From Candidatus Hydrogenedentota bacterium (lineage in GTDB: Bacteria > UBA8481 > J006), in assembly GCA_003697085.1 (NCBI GenBank), contig RFFU01000074.1:17562-81561 (forward strand): 64,000 nucleotides of DNA. The letters are read 5' to 3'. Position 1 is the stretch's first letter, and each line of letters starts with the position of its first letter. Under the pieces are notes generated by a model. The model was not told the origin of the DNA and made no database searches. It was given only the letters and a program-made list of their open reading frames with translations. The position numbers and the translations under genes are program-made. Shown here one piece after another: positions 14,876-23,367 of this stretch.

Positions 14876-15496
14876 ATGATAGGTTGGGAAACGATGCGAA
14901 AGGTCCTTTTCATTCTCGGGCTCCTGACGGATCAGGATGTTGAACGCCTCGGGAGGCTGGGGTCCATCGAGAAGATTTCAGCGGGAGCGACGTTGATAGA
15001 AGCGGGGCGTCATCCCGACAAGGTCTATTTCATACTCAGCGGTATTTTTCGTGTTACGCGGAACGCTGCCGTCGGTACGGAGGGGGCGAGCGAGGGGGCG
15101 GTGGGTTCGAAAAACGTCGTGGCGGAACTGCGCGCGGGTGAAGTATTGGGGGAGATGTCGTTCGTTCAAGATGCGCCGCCGACGGAGACGGTCACGGCGG
15201 TCGGGGAGGGTGAGGTCTTGGCGATACCCCGCGAGGACCTCCGCGCCGTTCTCGAATCGGATCCCGCTTTCGCCTCGCGTTTTTATCAAGCCATCGCCGC
15301 TTTTCTTGCGGATCGCCTGCGCGGAACGATGAACCGGCTCTATGGGAGGCCGACGGAAACGGCGGGAGCGGGAGACGATGACTCGGAGAGAGGAACGATT
15401 CTCGAAGAGGACGAGTTGGATCCCCGCGTTCTTGATCGTGTTTCGCGTGCCGGAGAACGATTCGACCGATTGCTCAAGAAGTTCCGCGGGAGATAA
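14876..15496 (+). CDS. bacteriocin-transport-associated cyclic nucleotide-binding domain protein (cyc_nuc_ocin-like)
   Basis: cNMP-binding beta-barrel: AGATLIEAGRHPDKVYFILSGIFRV...RAGEVLGEMSFVQDAPPTETVTAVGEGEVLAI. First gene of the exporter operon. An alternative ATG lies at 14894. The phosphate-binding-cassette Arg appears replaced (PPTET versus PRSAT). Confidence 0.8.
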   Translation: MIGWETMRKVLFILGLLTDQDVERLGRLGSIEKISAGATLIEAGRHPDKVYFILSGIFRVTRNAAVGTEGASEGAVGSKNVVAELRAGEVLGEMSFVQDAPPTETVTAVGEGEVLAIPREDLRAVLESDPAFASRFYQAIAAFLADRLRGTMNRLYGRPTETAGAGDDDSERGTILEEDELDPRVLDRVSRAGERFDRLLKKFRGR

Positions 15497-15501
15497 GACG
15501 T

Positions 15502-16746
15502 ATGGTCGAATATCGCAAGGCGGCGCTCGATAAACTTGCTTCCCCCGAGCAACTCGACCGTCTCATTACGGTCACCGGTTCCCGTAGTTGGCTCGCTCTG
15601 GGCTCCATCTGTTTTCTTCTTCTCCTGATCCTCGTTTGGAGTGTCGTCGGGCGGATCCCCGTCACCGTCTCGGGACGCGGAATCCTGATCCGGGAGGGGG
15701 GGTTGGTTGAGATCGAGAGTCTGGGGACGGGATTAATTTCGGAGCTCCTGGTGGAGGAAGGGGATCACGTGGAGCCGGGCCAGCTGGTCGCTCGGATCCG
15801 ACAACCGACGCTCGTAACGGAGATCGAACAAGCGCGGGATCGGGTGCAGGAGCTCGAGGTGCAGCGGGAACGGACTTCGAAGCTAGAGTCGGAACGTGTC
15901 CGGCTGGGGGCCGCCGCGCTCGACCAACAGGAGGCGGAATTGCGAGGAACGATCCGCACCTCTCGGGAACGTGTTGCGTGGTTGGAGAAGCGGGTGGAGG
16001 CCTATCGCGATGCTGTTCGCGAGGGGCTGATCACGGAGGAGGAGTTGCGGCGGGTGATGAAGGAACGGGCGAGCGAGCGGGAGGTGATCGCGCGGGCCGA
16101 ATCCCGTCTCAAGAAGATCGCGTCGGATCGCCAAGCGCTGGAGACCGAGCGGGAGCGAAATCTTCTTGCGATCGACAAACAGCTCAGCGACGCCCGGCGG
16201 ACGCTGGCGGCTTTGGAGTCGCGGCTTCGCGAGGAAGGGCAGGTGTTTTCTCCGCACCGGGGCCGGGTCGTGGAGATCAAGGTCGAGCAAGGAGCGATTG
16301 TGACGAGGAACGCGGCCCTGATGAGTCTCGAGGCGGAAACGGGCCCGCTGGTCGCCGAGGTTTTCATTCCGGTCGAGGCGAAGAAGATACGCCGTGGGAT
16401 GGCGGCGCGGATCGCTCCCGCCACGGTGAAAAAGGAAGAGTACGGGATGATTGTCGGGCGCGTGGACGGTGTCTCGGCGCTTCCCGCCACGCGGGAAGGG
16501 ATGATGCATCTTTTGAAGAACGAATTGTTGGTCAAAGAACTGGCTTCGCGCGGCGCCCCCTTCCGTGTCACGTTGTCGCTCGAGGAGGATTCGGCGAGTT
16601 TCAGCGGTTTCCGATGGACCTCCTCGCGCGGGCCGAGAGTGCGGATCGAAAGCGGGATGCTCTGCGAGGGACGGATCGTCGTGGAGAAGAAGGCGCCGAT
16701 CCGCTTTCTTATTCCGGCGCTCAAGTCCTTCTTCGGCATAACGTAA
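15502..16746 (+). CDS. NHLM-type bacteriocin system secretion adaptor (HlyD family membrane fusion protein)
   Basis: N-terminus YRKAALDKLASPEQLDRLITVT, one TM helix, a long coiled coil, then barrel-type domains. Positioned directly before the C39-ABC gene. Confidence 0.88.
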   Translation: MVEYRKAALDKLASPEQLDRLITVTGSRSWLALGSICFLLLLILVWSVVGRIPVTVSGRGILIREGGLVEIESLGTGLISELLVEEGDHVEPGQLVARIRQPTLVTEIEQARDRVQELEVQRERTSKLESERVRLGAAALDQQEAELRGTIRTSRERVAWLEKRVEAYRDAVREGLITEEELRRVMKERASEREVIARAESRLKKIASDRQALETERERNLLAIDKQLSDARRTLAALESRLREEGQVFSPHRGRVVEIKVEQGAIVTRNAALMSLEAETGPLVAEVFIPVEAKKIRRGMAARIAPATVKKEEYGMIVGRVDGVSALPATREGMMHLLKNELLVKELASRGAPFRVTLSLEEDSASFSGFRWTSSRGPRVRIESGMLCEGRIVVEKKAPIRFLIPALKSFFGIT

Positions 16747-16757
16747 CTCGGAGAACG

Positions 16758-18962
16758 ATGGCTGTCGCCGCCGCGGAAGGTATCAAACCGTCTTCGGGAA
16801 AACCGCGGTTCCGTCGTGTCCGAACGCCGACGGTTCTTCAGATGGAGGCGGTGGAGTGCGGCGCGGCATCGCTGGCGATTATTCTCGAGTATTACGGCCG
16901 CGTGGTTCCGCTCGAGGAACTTCGCGTCGCATGCGGGGTGACGCGGGACGGAAGCAACGCCTTTCATTTGATCTCGGCTGCGCGGGAGTACGGATTCGAA
17001 GCCCACGGATACCGAAAGGACATTCCCCACCTCTACAACATCAAACCGCCCTTCATCATCTTCTGGAACTTCAACCATTTTTTGGTCGTCGAGGGATTGG
17101 CCAAGGATCGCGTTTTTCTCAACGATCCCGCGATGGGACCGCGCGTCGTTCCGATGGACGAATTCAACGAGTCCTACACCGGCGTTGTTCTGACCTTTGA
17201 ACCGACGCCGCGCTTCAGGAGAGGGGGACGCCGTCCGAGCCTGTCAGCGGCGGTCTGGAACCGCGTACGCCACTCTTCCGAAGGCATCGCCTACGCCGCT
17301 GTGGCGGCCGTCGCGCTCGTCGGCCCCGGATTGGCGGTTCCCGCCTTTTCGCGGATCTTCATCGATGACATTCTCATCGGCGGAATGCACGACTGGATCC
17401 GTCCCGTCCTGCTCGGTTTGGCGATCACTGGGTTTTTTCGCGTCTTTCTTACCTTTCTCCAGTCCCATTCTCTTCTTCGGCTCGAAACGAAACTTTCGAT
17501 CACCCAGACCGGTCGCTTTTTGCACCATATCCTTCATCTTCCCGTCTCGTTCTACCAGCAGCGTTACGGCGGAGAAATCAGCAACCGAGTCGGTTTCAAT
17601 TCGGACATCGCCCGCATCCTTTCGAACCGTCTCGCCGGAACGATCCTGGACCTTTTCATGACTGTCTTTTATGGAACGGTTCTCTTTCTGCTTTCTCCGG
17701 TGTTGATGCTGATTGCGGTTCTGGGAGTGGCCGCGAATGCCGTTACGGCTCGGACGATGCATCGGACCCTGACCGACGAGAACCTCCGTCTTCAGCAAGA
17801 GGCCGGAGCGACTTTGTCCGCGGCGATGTCCGGCGTGGCCTCGATCGAGACGCTGAAGGCGACGGGGAGCGAATCGGACTTCTTCGCGAACTGGGCGGGG
17901 CATCACGCGAAATACACGGTGACGATGCAAAACCTGAGTCTCAAAAGTGCTCTCTATTCCTCCCTCTCGACCCTCGTGAATTCCCTTTCGGACGTGGCGA
18001 TTCTGGGAGCCGGGGCCCTTCTGATTATGAACGGCCGCATCACGATGGGAACCTTTGTCGCCTTTCACGCGCTCTCCGCCTCCTTTGCGGGTCCGGTGAC
18101 GCGGATCATCAATCTCGCGACGGTGATTCAAGCCTTGCGCGCGCGCCTTGTCCGTCTCGACGACGTGCTCAATCACAAACACGCGCCGGACCTGCGGGTC
18201 GCGGAATCGACGCCGGTCGTTGCAGAAGAGGAAGAGAAACTTTCGGGACATCTCGAGATCCGCAATCTCACCTTCGGCTATTCGCGTTTCGATCCGCCGT
18301 TGATCGAGAATTTTTCGATGACGATCGCTCCGGGCGGGCGCGTGGCTTTGGTGGGGGCATCGGGATGCGGGAAATCGACATTGGCGAAACTGATCACCGG
18401 ATTGTACGAGCCGTGGGAGGGTGAGATTTATTTCGACGGACGTCCGCGAAAGGCGATCCCGCGTTCCGTGCTTACGAGCTCCGTTGCGATGGTGGATCAA
18501 GAGATTTCACTCTTTTCCGGAACCATTCGCGAGAACATTACACTTTGGGACGAGACGATTCCGGATATCGAAGTGGTGCGGGCGGCCAAGGATGCGGCGA
18601 TTCACTCCGAGATCACAGCGCGCGCGGGGGGATATGACGCGGAGTTGGAGGAGGGAGGAGCGAATCTTTCCGGCGGTCAACGCCAGAGGCTGGAGATCGC
18701 CCGGGCGCTCGTGACGAATCCTCGCCTGCTGATTCTGGACGAGGCGACCAGCGCTCTCGATCCCGTGACCGAGAAGGAGATCGATCGCAATCTGCGGGTG
18801 CGCGGTTGTACCTGCGTGATCGTCGCCCATCGGCTTTCGACGATTCGCGACGCGGACGAGATCATCGTCCTTGAACGCGGCCGGGTGGTTCAAAGGGGGA
18901 CGCACGAGGAATTGATCGCCGATCCGGACGCGCCGTATGCGCGATTGGTAAAGGCTCAATGA
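16758..18962 (+). CDS. peptidase C39 domain-containing ABC transporter (NHLM-type ABC1, peptidase/permease/ATPase)
   Basis: C39 domain reads VLQMEAVECGAASLAIILEYYG (Gln28/Cys34), NHFLVVEG (His), LNDP (Asp). Six-helix TMD. Walker A GASGCGKST, signature LSGGQRQR, Walker B LILDEATSALD. The ORF-track start at 15978 is an upstream out-of-gene extension; ATG 16758 lies 11 nt after the HlyD stop. Confidence 0.92.
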   Translation: MAVAAAEGIKPSSGKPRFRRVRTPTVLQMEAVECGAASLAIILEYYGRVVPLEELRVACGVTRDGSNAFHLISAAREYGFEAHGYRKDIPHLYNIKPPFIIFWNFNHFLVVEGLAKDRVFLNDPAMGPRVVPMDEFNESYTGVVLTFEPTPRFRRGGRRPSLSAAVWNRVRHSSEGIAYAAVAAVALVGPGLAVPAFSRIFIDDILIGGMHDWIRPVLLGLAITGFFRVFLTFLQSHSLLRLETKLSITQTGRFLHHILHLPVSFYQQRYGGEISNRVGFNSDIARILSNRLAGTILDLFMTVFYGTVLFLLSPVLMLIAVLGVAANAVTARTMHRTLTDENLRLQQEAGATLSAAMSGVASIETLKATGSESDFFANWAGHHAKYTVTMQNLSLKSALYSSLSTLVNSLSDVAILGAGALLIMNGRITMGTFVAFHALSASFAGPVTRIINLATVIQALRARLVRLDDVLNHKHAPDLRVAESTPVVAEEEEKLSGHLEIRNLTFGYSRFDPPLIENFSMTIAPGGRVALVGASGCGKSTLAKLITGLYEPWEGEIYFDGRPRKAIPRSVLTSSVAMVDQEISLFSGTIRENITLWDETIPDIEVVRAAKDAAIHSEITARAGGYDAELEEGGANLSGGQRQRLEIARALVTNPRLLILDEATSALDPVTEKEIDRNLRVRGCTCVIVAHRLSTIRDADEIIVLERGRVVQRGTHEELIADPDAPYARLVKAQ

Positions 18963-21877
18963 CGGCGCGCGATCTGCTCGCGTCTCTCGCTCGGCTCGGT
19001 CCAGAACGGGATGTGAGCGGGAAGGAGACGTTCTACGTTCAGGGAGCCGAACGCGCGTGGGTCCTGACGAAAGGCGTTGTCGATGTCTTCGCGGTTATGC
19101 TCGAGGACGAGCGGCCCATCGGCCCGCGACATTACCTCTTCAGCGCCTCGCCGGGAATCATTCTCTTCGGTGTCGATCTTCTCCGCTACCACAAGCGTTG
19201 TGCTCTGTTGGCGGTCGGAGTTCCGGGAACGCGTGTTGTTTCCTTCGGCATCGCGGATTTGGTCGAGACGGCCCGGCGAAGTGGAACGCTGGAGGCGCTG
19301 GCGAGGCAGATTGAGGATTTTTCTGGAAAGGTAGGGGCGCTCTTCACCGCTCGTGAGCGGCCACCGTTCGATGAATTTCTCGCCGTGGGAGAGGAACGAG
19401 AGGTTCCGGCGGGTCGTGTTCTCGGAACGGAGCGCGGAATTACTTGGGTCCACGTGATCGGGGGGAAGGTCCGGCTCTGTGGTTTCGAGGATCTCGTCGT
19501 GGAGGCCGACGGCACCGCCGTTCCTCTCGCCCCGGGGCTTTGGCTCGAAACACTTATTGCGTCACATCTCGAGGTGATCGACAGCCGCGCGTTGCTTGAA
19601 CGCGATCCGCGCCTGAAGGCGTTGGGAAATTTGCAAGCCGTATATGTCCGATGGATCGAGGACCGCATCGCGGCGAAGCGGGCCGAGGAGCGGGAACGAA
19701 TTTCCCGGAGGCGTGAGCGGGATCAGGCGATTCTTGCCAAGGCTCTGGAGGATCTTAGCAGTGTTCTTGTCGGAAAAGGGCGCGCCGTGCCGGAGCACGA
19801 TCGTCCTCTGTTGGCCGCCTTGAATCGGATCGGCGCCGCGCTCGATTTGGATTTTCACCTTCCTTCGGAGTGGGAGTTGAGCCGGTACGGCGCCGCGCCT
19901 CTCGAGGCCATCTGCCGCCGTTCGCGGATCCGCCACCGGCGGGTGGCCCTTTACGGAGATTGGTATCGCCGGGACAACGGGCCGTTATTGGTCTTTCGAG
20001 ACAAGGAGCACGGGGCAACGCCCGTAGCCGCGGTTCCTCTTTCGGAGTCGCAGTACGAATACTTTGACCCTGTCACGGGAGCGACGGGGATTCTGACGCG
20101 GGATGTTGCCGCCACGCTCGATCCCTTCGGCGTGATGTTTTATCCTCCGCTTCCCGCAAAACCGCTTCACGTCTTTCAACTACTCAGACACGGAAGCCGG
20201 TTCGTTTCGAAGGACCTCCGGCGGGTGTTGGGGTTGAGTTTGGCGGCCGGCGCGCTTTCGCTGGCGTTGCCGTGGGCGACAGGGCTCCTTTTCAGCGACG
20301 TGATTCCTTCTTCCGAGCGACCGCTTCTTCTGCAGGTTGTTTTAGCGCTGTTGATCGCTTCTTCCGTCCAGACGCTCTTCCATTTCGTTCGCACGATTGC
20401 GCTGACGCGGATGCGGGCACGGTGGGGCGAGACGGTTCAGGCGGCGCTGTGGGACCGGATCGCTTCCTTGCCTCCGCGATTCTTCCGCCGCTTCACCGTC
20501 GGGGATCTCGTGGATCGCGCCGAGGTCGTGGATCACCTGCGCGAGGAACTCAGCGGCGCCGGGCTGACGGCCATCATCGGCGGGTTGATGTCGCTGATGC
20601 AATTTATTTTGATGTTCTACTATAGCCGGGTTCTCGCTCTGGGAGCCTTGGGAATCACGGCGCTCTTTGCTCTCGTGACCGGAGGCCTTGCCGTGGGAAT
20701 GCTGCGGTACGAGAGGGAGATGCAGAGGATCGCGGGGCGCCTCTCGGGTTTTCTTTACCAGGTGATCACCGGCATTGCCAAGATTCGGGTGGCGGGGGCC
20801 GAGGAACGGGCGTTTGCGGAATGGGCGCGACGGTTCCGCCGCGAACGCCTTCTCCGCTTCCGGGCCGGCTCCTACCAGAACATCATTCTCACCGTCAATG
20901 CCGGGCTGCCGATCCTTTCGACGATTCTCGTCTTTCTCCTTGTGCGTTATGCCGCGTTGCTCCCGGAGGGAGCCTGGATCAGTGTCGGGGATTTCATTGC
21001 CTTCAACGCCGCGATGACCGTCTTCCTCAACTCCGCGCTTTCGCTTACCGACACGGCGGTCAACCTTCTCAACCTCGTCCCGATGTTCGAACGCGTCGAG
21101 CCGATTCTTGTGACGGAGCCGGAAGCGCGGGAGGATCGGCCGGATCCGGGGCGCATCACCGGTTCTGTCGAGATGAGTCACGTTTCGTTTCGGTATCATC
21201 CCGACGGGCCGCTTGTTCTCGACGATGTTTCGTGGTCGGCGGCGCCCGGGGAGTTCGTTGCGTTGGTCGGGCCGTCCGGGGGAGGCAAATCGACGATCAT
21301 CCGGTTGTTGCTGGGATTCGAAATCCCGGAGACGGGAAACATCTATTTCGATGGGAGGGATGTATCGGCGGTGGACGTCACGGCGTTGCGGCGTCAGATC
21401 GGAGTCGTTCTCCAGAACAGCCGGCTCCGCCCCGGCTCGATCTTCGACAATATCGTCGGTTCCTCGAATCTTACCCTCGATGATGCCTGGCGTGTGGCCG
21501 AGCAGGCGGGTTTGAAGGAGGATATCGAGGCGATGCCGATGGGAATGCACACGAACATTTCCGAGGGAGGGACGACGTTTTCGGGGGGGCAGCGACAACG
21601 AATTCTGATCGCCCGCGCGCTGATTCATCAACCGCGAATCCTGATCTTCGACGAAGCGACGAGTGCCCTGGACAACACGACGCAGAAAGTCGTCTCCGAC
21701 AGTCTCGACCGTCTCAATGCAACGCGGATCGTGATCGCCCATCGCCTTTCGACGATCCGAAATGCCGACAGAATCTATGTAATCGAGAAGGGAAGGATTG
21801 TACAACGGGGAAACTACGAGGAATTGATGACGGAGGGAGGTCTATTCACCGACCTCGCGCGCCGTCAACTCGCTTAG
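18959..21877 (+). CDS. second ABC transporter of the NHLM-type system (ABC2; long N-terminal regulatory-like domain, no peptidase)
   Basis: ATGA overlap with ABC1. About 400-aa N-terminal region with a degenerate cNMP-barrel-like start, then a TMD, Walker A GPSGGGKST, signature FSGGQRQR, Walker B LIFDEATSALD. Confidence 0.9.
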   Translation: MTARDLLASLARLGPERDVSGKETFYVQGAERAWVLTKGVVDVFAVMLEDERPIGPRHYLFSASPGIILFGVDLLRYHKRCALLAVGVPGTRVVSFGIADLVETARRSGTLEALARQIEDFSGKVGALFTARERPPFDEFLAVGEEREVPAGRVLGTERGITWVHVIGGKVRLCGFEDLVVEADGTAVPLAPGLWLETLIASHLEVIDSRALLERDPRLKALGNLQAVYVRWIEDRIAAKRAEERERISRRRERDQAILAKALEDLSSVLVGKGRAVPEHDRPLLAALNRIGAALDLDFHLPSEWELSRYGAAPLEAICRRSRIRHRRVALYGDWYRRDNGPLLVFRDKEHGATPVAAVPLSESQYEYFDPVTGATGILTRDVAATLDPFGVMFYPPLPAKPLHVFQLLRHGSRFVSKDLRRVLGLSLAAGALSLALPWATGLLFSDVIPSSERPLLLQVVLALLIASSVQTLFHFVRTIALTRMRARWGETVQAALWDRIASLPPRFFRRFTVGDLVDRAEVVDHLREELSGAGLTAIIGGLMSLMQFILMFYYSRVLALGALGITALFALVTGGLAVGMLRYEREMQRIAGRLSGFLYQVITGIAKIRVAGAEERAFAEWARRFRRERLLRFRAGSYQNIILTVNAGLPILSTILVFLLVRYAALLPEGAWISVGDFIAFNAAMTVFLNSALSLTDTAVNLLNLVPMFERVEPILVTEPEAREDRPDPGRITGSVEMSHVSFRYHPDGPLVLDDVSWSAAPGEFVALVGPSGGGKSTIIRLLLGFEIPETGNIYFDGRDVSAVDVTALRRQIGVVLQNSRLRPGSIFDNIVGSSNLTLDDAWRVAEQAGLKEDIEAMPMGMHTNISEGGTTFSGGQRQRILIARALIHQPRILIFDEATSALDNTTQKVVSDSLDRLNATRIVIAHRLSTIRNADRIYVIEKGRIVQRGNYEELMTEGGLFTDLARRQLA

Positions 21878-21927
21878 CGAGGCAGGGCTGGACAAATCCA
21901 TGACGACACGACAGCGAGGCACCAAAG

Positions 21928-23367
21928 GTGAATCTCCGCCCCTTCGTTTCCTTTTTCTCTCCCGCTGATACAATTTCCCCGATGGAACGGTTTTCGGATA
22001 AGAGCTTCTCGGATCGTGATGTCTCCGAACAACGGCGGCCGCGGATTCTCGTGGTTCGCTCCTGCGCGGCGACGCTCCTACCCGCAATCGATTCTCTCCG
22101 TAATGAATTTCCAGATGCGGCTGTCGATCTTCTGGTGAGCCGCGGATTTCGAGACGCGGCGGGGAACGAAGCCGCGAACGGCCGCGTAATCGAGGTTGAT
22201 CGGGACGGACCGTTTCGTCGAGCCAGTCTGCGTGCCGCCACGCGACGAACGTTTCGCAAGACGAATTATATCGCCGTCGTGACCCTCTATCCTCCGGAAA
22301 CCACCGCACCGGCCGCGAATCTCGAGTCCCTCGTCCGATCGCTTCGCGTCCACCGCCACCTTCGGCTTCGCCGAAAGGGAAACAGCGTCGAACCTCTTCC
22401 CGAGACACCGGCGATTCGAGCAAGAACGAGGCAAGGGCGAGGCTCCGGCCGATGGCGTTCGAGTGCATTCGTTGAACTCGCCTCCCCGGCGCGTTCCCCG
22501 CATTCCTTCTCGCGTCGGCTTCGATCCTTTTACGCCACGCTCTTCAATAAACCCGCCTTCCTCCCATGGAACCGTTTTCTCTTCCGGCTCGGACTGGCCG
22601 GTTTGGGCGTCGACCATTGCGGAGACGAGAAGAACAGCGGGGAAGCCTGGTTCGTCCGCAACATCCTGCGCCGTATCGGAAAAAAGGCCACGGTCGTCGA
22701 TGTGGGAGCCGGTATCGGTCGTTACGCACGCTTGGTCCGACGGAATGCTTCCGATGCACGTATCCTCTGCCTCGAACCCCACCCCGCCACCTTTCGCGTT
22801 CTTTCGGCCGCCGCCGCCGAAATAGGAGCGGAGGCTTTCGCCGTCGGCGCAGCGGAGACGGATCGTTCAGCGCCGCTTTTCGATTTTGTTCCGACCGGCT
22901 CGTCCCGAGCATCGCTCTTTCCGGAGACGCTCCTCTCCGGCTCCCGTCTTGATCAGTCACGTCCCGCGGAGGGGGATTCCGGTGAAGAATCCCTCTGGCA
23001 CTCCGACGTTCCCCTCGTCAGCCTCGACTCTTGGCTCCCCGCGCAGGAGGTCTCCCAGATTCATCTTCTTAAAATAGATACCGAAGGTTCTGAACGTCTC
23101 GTCCTCGAAGGGGCACGCCGTTTTCTTTCGGAGGGAAGGGTGGATGTCATTCAGTTCGAATTCAACGAGATGAATCTTGCCTCTCGGACGTTCTTGGCGG
23201 ACATTCGAACGCTTCTCCCCGGATTTCAACTCTATCGGATTCTCTCCACCGGCCTCCTTCCGCTCGATTCCCTCGCTCCCTTCGAGCGAGAGATATTCGC
23301 GTATCAGAATATCGCCGCGATCCGATCCGCTCTGTCGTCGCCGGATGGCATCTTCAACTCACTGTGA
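21928..23367 (+). CDS. two-domain protein: N-terminal GT9-N-like half domain + C-terminal FkbM family methyltransferase
   Basis: C-terminal half VVDVGAGIGRYA...ILCLEPHP...LLKIDTEGSERLVLEGA...IQFEFN is FkbM-like. N-terminal RILVVRSCAATLLPAIDSLRNEFPDAAVDLLV resembles heptosyltransferase (GT9) N-termini. Start uncertain (GTG 21928 or ATG 21982). Confidence 0.75.
   Translation: MNLRPFVSFFSPADTISPMERFSDKSFSDRDVSEQRRPRILVVRSCAATLLPAIDSLRNEFPDAAVDLLVSRGFRDAAGNEAANGRVIEVDRDGPFRRASLRAATRRTFRKTNYIAVVTLYPPETTAPAANLESLVRSLRVHRHLRLRRKGNSVEPLPETPAIRARTRQGRGSGRWRSSAFVELASPARSPHSFSRRLRSFYATLFNKPAFLPWNRFLFRLGLAGLGVDHCGDEKNSGEAWFVRNILRRIGKKATVVDVGAGIGRYARLVRRNASDARILCLEPHPATFRVLSAAAAEIGAEAFAVGAAETDRSAPLFDFVPTGSSRASLFPETLLSGSRLDQSRPAEGDSGEESLWHSDVPLVSLDSWLPAQEVSQIHLLKIDTEGSERLVLEGARRFLSEGRVDVIQFEFNEMNLASRTFLADIRTLLPGFQLYRILSTGLLPLDSLAPFEREIFAYQNIAAIRSALSSPDGIFNSL

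Noticed and set aside
13828-14913. 361-aa ORF, and other ORFs (195-641, 375-683, 29446-29982, 39895-40368, 55484-55942) that lie in intergenic repeat islands.
   Set aside because: They are read-throughs of repeat modules A-F. The same pseudo-peptides (GDSSS..LGMT, PGSAGILPA, GKGKGKGK) recur wherever the DNA repeat recurs, in different frames and orientations.
15978-16757. N-terminal 260-aa extension of the C39-ABC ORF in the six-frame track.
   Set aside because: It overlaps the HlyD-like gene in another frame and is Gly/Arg-rich with no motifs. ATG 16758 lies 11 nt after the HlyD stop and yields a canonical C39 N-terminus.
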